Assembly: GCF_002075285.3 (NCBI RefSeq)
Contig: NZ_CP021983.2
Location: 3,570,001 to 3,602,000, forward strand
Source of the DNA: Halomicronema hongdechloris C2206
Lineage (GTDB): Bacteria > Cyanobacteriota > Cyanobacteriia > Phormidesmidales > Phormidesmidaceae
Direction of reading: 5' to 3'
DNA length: 32,000 nt
This document shows, in pieces, positions 29,759-32,000 of this stretch (the stretch's first letter is position 1; each line of letters starts with the position of its first letter). The translations under genes were made by a program, and so were the position numbers. The notes beneath the pieces are model-generated. The model was not told the DNA's origin. It made no database searches and was given only the letters and a program-made list of their open reading frames with translations.

Positions 29759-30268
29759 TTGCACATCCGATTGGCTGCCGCTGCTGATGTGCCGGCTCTG
29801 GCTGAGCTTTTTCGCCAGAGTGTTTTAGCGGTAGCTCCCCAGCGTTACACTCTGGAGCAGACCCAGGCCTGGGTATCTTTTGCTACTGACCTGGAGGCAT
29901 TTCGAGCCTTCATCTTGGCGGTGACCACCTATGTGGCTGAAGATGCCACGGGGATTGTCGGCTTCGCCGGTATTGGTCAGGATGGCCATGTCGCTTCTGC
30001 CTATGTGCGCCCCGATTGCATCCACCGCGGCATTGGCTCGGCCCTGATGCAGAGACTATTAGCGTACGCCGATAGCCAAGGTCTGCAACGACTCTACGGT
30101 GAGGCCAGTGAATTTAGCTTAGGGTTGTTTTTAAAGTTTGGCTTTCGCCAGTACGACACCGAAGTCGTGGAACGCCAAGGTGTTCGCTTCAGTCGCTATC
30201 TGGTGGAAAAGCTGCGCCGGGATAACTCTGGACCCGAATCTAGGAGAATTGGCGGTCCACTTCTCTAG
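29759..30268 (+). CDS. GNAT family N-acetyltransferase
   Basis: Contains IRLAAAADVPALAELF and the acetyl-CoA motif VRPDCIHRGIGSALMQRLL..A...G. Start candidates are the TTG at 29759 (AGGTG 5 nt upstream) and the TTG at 29687, so the start is uncertain. Confidence 0.85.
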   Translation: MHIRLAAAADVPALAELFRQSVLAVAPQRYTLEQTQAWVSFATDLEAFRAFILAVTTYVAEDATGIVGFAGIGQDGHVASAYVRPDCIHRGIGSALMQRLLAYADSQGLQRLYGEASEFSLGLFLKFGFRQYDTEVVERQGVRFSRYLVEKLRRDNSGPESRRIGGPLL

Positions 30269-30292
30269 GATCTTGATAGAATCAAGGTCGAG

Positions 30293-30305
30293 AATGATTA
30301 TCATT
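30293..30305. promoter_or_regulatory. Fur-family (Zur-like) box candidate upstream of the decayed metal ABC transporter genes
   Basis: AATGATTATCATT is a perfect 6-1-6 palindrome. It differs at one central base from the AATGATAATCATT core of the classical Fur box. It lies 25 nt upstream of the znuC-like ATG (30330). Confidence 0.55.
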
Positions 30306-30329
30306 GCAATGTCATCACAGGGTCCGGCC

Positions 30330-31170
30330 ATGATTGAGATGGAGCAGCTGTCGGTCAGCTACCGAGGTGCGATCGCATTGGACGACGTCTCCCTGCAGCT
30401 GTATCGAGGCCAGCAGGTAGGACTGATCGGTCCCAACGGCGCCGGCAAGAGCACCCTAATCAAGGCCATGCTGGGCTTAGTGCCCCATCGCGGCCGAGTC
30501 CGGTTTTGGGGCTAGCCGCGGCGGCGGGTGCGCCATCGCATCGCCTAGGTGCCCCAGCGATCGCAAATCGACTGGCACTACCCCATCACCGCCTAGACCG
30601 TGGTGATGACAGCCCTGACTCCAGAGACAGGCTGGCTGCGCCGCCCCAGCCCCGTGCCCAAGGGCGGGCTCAGCAAGCCCTAGAGCGGGTGGGCATGGCC
30701 GATCTCAGCCATCGTCCCATTGGGCAGCTATCTGGAGGCCAGCAGCAGCGGGTCTTTCTAGCTCGAGCCCTGGCTCAAGATGCGCAGCTATGCCGCCATG
30801 GGGCTGATTTTAGCGACTTTCTTTGCCCTAGGGGTGATGTTCATCAGTGTGTTCGACAGCCGCCTCAACCTAGAAGCCTTTTTATTTGGGGACATGCTCA
30901 GCGTCACCCCTGTCGATGTCTGGCAGACGGCTCTGATCACGGGGGTGGTCCTGGTGCTGGTGCGCTTGCTCTACAAGGAGCTACTGTTCTATAACTTCGA
31001 TCCCCTCGGGGCCAAGGCCATGGGCCTGCCAACCGAGTGGTTGCAACGGGGACTGACGGCGGCCTACACCCTGGCTATCATCAGTCGTTGGGGGCCTCTT
31101 CTCACTGGCCTTCCTATTCAGCCCCAGCCAGGGACCACTCACCCAGCAACGGCCCTGGGGCAACCGCTGA
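30330..31170 (+). pseudogene. Decayed ZnuC/ZnuB-type (Zn/Mn) ABC transporter: ATPase and permease remnants fused by deletions
   Basis: The ATPase N-terminus is intact ([19 protein letters not shown]). In-frame TAGs follow at 30513, 30546 and 30594, at positions normally occupied by conserved residues (for example RIA-Y-VPQ). A frameshift occurs before [38 protein letters not shown]. Walker B onward is missing. The sequence then joins a mid-permease segment ([21 protein letters not shown]...[15 protein letters not shown]). A second deletion follows, and the C-terminal tail SLAFLFSPSQGPLTQQ is in another frame. Confidence 0.8.
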
Positions 31171-31290
31171 TTCGCCCGGCAGCACCGGCATCCACCTGCT
31201 GCACCTATCCGACCAACGGCATCATCGTCTCTCAGCAGAATCTCAGCCGTGTCATTTATGGTCGAACCATGACGTCTTAGAGTTGACACC

Positions 31291-31722
31291 ATGGCTTCTT
31301 CCAACTCTCGCATCTCCCTGGCACTGTTACTGTTACGTCTTAGCGTCTTTCTTGTCTTTCTGATCTGGACTCTAGATAAGCTGCTCAACCCTGGCCACGC
31401 GGCGGCAGTGTTTGAAAACTTCTATTTCATTGGCGGCCTGGGCAATGCCATCATCTACGGGCTCGGCATTCTAGAGCTGATTTTGCTGATCGGCTTTGTG
31501 ATTGGCTACCAGAAACCCATAACCTATGGCCTGATTCTGCTGTTGCATGCCGTCTCCACCTTATCTGCCTTCGGCAAGTATCTCAGCCCCTTTGAGCCCC
31601 CCAATATCCTCTTCTTTGCGGCTTGGCCTATGTTGGCCGCCTGCTTCGCCCTGTTCTACCTGCGGGATCTCGACGTGCGCTGGACCATTGGCGGCGGTCG
31701 CCAGGAGGCCGTGACCGAGTAG
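31291..31722 (+). CDS. DoxX-family membrane protein
   Basis: 143 aa with four hydrophobic helices. The N-terminal LALLLLRLSVFLVFLIWTLDKL resembles the DoxX signature. Confidence 0.7.
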   Translation: MASSNSRISLALLLLRLSVFLVFLIWTLDKLLNPGHAAAVFENFYFIGGLGNAIIYGLGILELILLIGFVIGYQKPITYGLILLLHAVSTLSAFGKYLSPFEPPNILFFAAWPMLAACFALFYLRDLDVRWTIGGGRQEAVTE

Positions 31723-31737
31723 ACAGCTTTGCCGGCA

Positions 31738-32000
31738 TCAACCGTACAATCCAGCCACATATTCGCCATAGCCGTTGTAGAGCCGGGTGGGCTGGCGCTC
31801 CCACTGGGCGGGATTGCTGCCAGTGCCCACGACCCGCTCCGTAGCTTGAGACCAGCGGGGATGGGGGACGTCTGGATTCACATTGGCCTCGAACCCGTAC
31901 TCATTGGGGGCAATGGTGTTCCAGAAGGTGGCCGGGCGCTCGGCTAGAAACTCGATCTTGACAATGGATTTGGCTCCCTTGAAGCCATATTTCCAGGGCA
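31738..32000 (-). CDS. msrP: Protein-methionine-sulfoxide reductase catalytic subunit MsrP (YedY), C-terminal fragment. The gene continues beyond the window.
   Basis: The minus-strand frame, open to the window edge, reads [58 protein letters not shown]...[19 protein letters not shown]-stop. This closely parallels the E. coli MsrP C-terminus. It is not in the supplied ORF track because it has no start codon within the window. Confidence 0.88.
   Translation of the reverse strand, partial: PWKYGFKGAKSIVKIEFLAERPATFWNTIAPNEYGFEANVNPDVPHPRWSQATERVVGTGSNPAQWERQPTRLYNGYGEYVAGLYG

Noticed and set aside
30513-30596. Three in-frame TAG codons in the znuC-like gene as evidence of amber suppression or pyrrolysine-type recoding
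   Set aside because: The same gene also carries a frameshift and two large deletions, so it is non-functional regardless. Each TAG is one substitution away from the expected sense codon.

Overview
This is a cyanobacterial chromosomal segment. The evidence is at least 10 copies of the HIP1 octamer GCGATCGC, prk, and a petH gene carrying an N-terminal CpcD-like linker domain.

Gene content, left to right:
- Two amino-acid ABC permeases.
- A large serine-recombinase homologue whose catalytic motifs look degenerate, tightly coupled to a small secreted protein.
- A PEP-CTERM / choice-of-anchor-L surface protein.
- prk, petH, hom and an M23 peptidase.
- A methyl-cycle / compatible-solute neighbourhood: ahcY, metK and a single-ORF fusion of glycine/sarcosine and sarcosine/dimethylglycine N-methyltransferases, with metF divergent across an AT-rich 757-bp spacer.
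- An RNase D-like exonuclease and trpB, bracketed by two inverted copies of a structured repeat element and preceded by about 1.2 kb of repeat-dense non-coding DNA.
- A decayed accessory patch: a frameshifted NB-ARC/TPR STAND NTPase, an orphan antitoxin with a truncated MazF/PemK remnant, a GGCT-like protein, and a retropepsin-like protease with an in-frame TGA.
- A BMP-family ABC importer (binding protein plus two permeases, no ATPase).
- An SRAP/YedK peptidase and a GNAT acetyltransferase.
- A Fur/Zur-box-like palindrome in front of a heavily decayed znuC-znuB-like pseudogene.
- A DoxX protein and the 3' end of msrP.

No rRNA, tRNA or CRISPR array was recognised.

The most interesting items are:
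- the betaine-synthase fusion embedded among SAM-recycling genes;
- the inverted structured repeats, which show base-pair covariation;
- the repeat-dense leader upstream of trpB;
- the catalytically degenerate recombinase.

All functional calls rest on my recognition of motifs in the translated ORFs. No database search was run.
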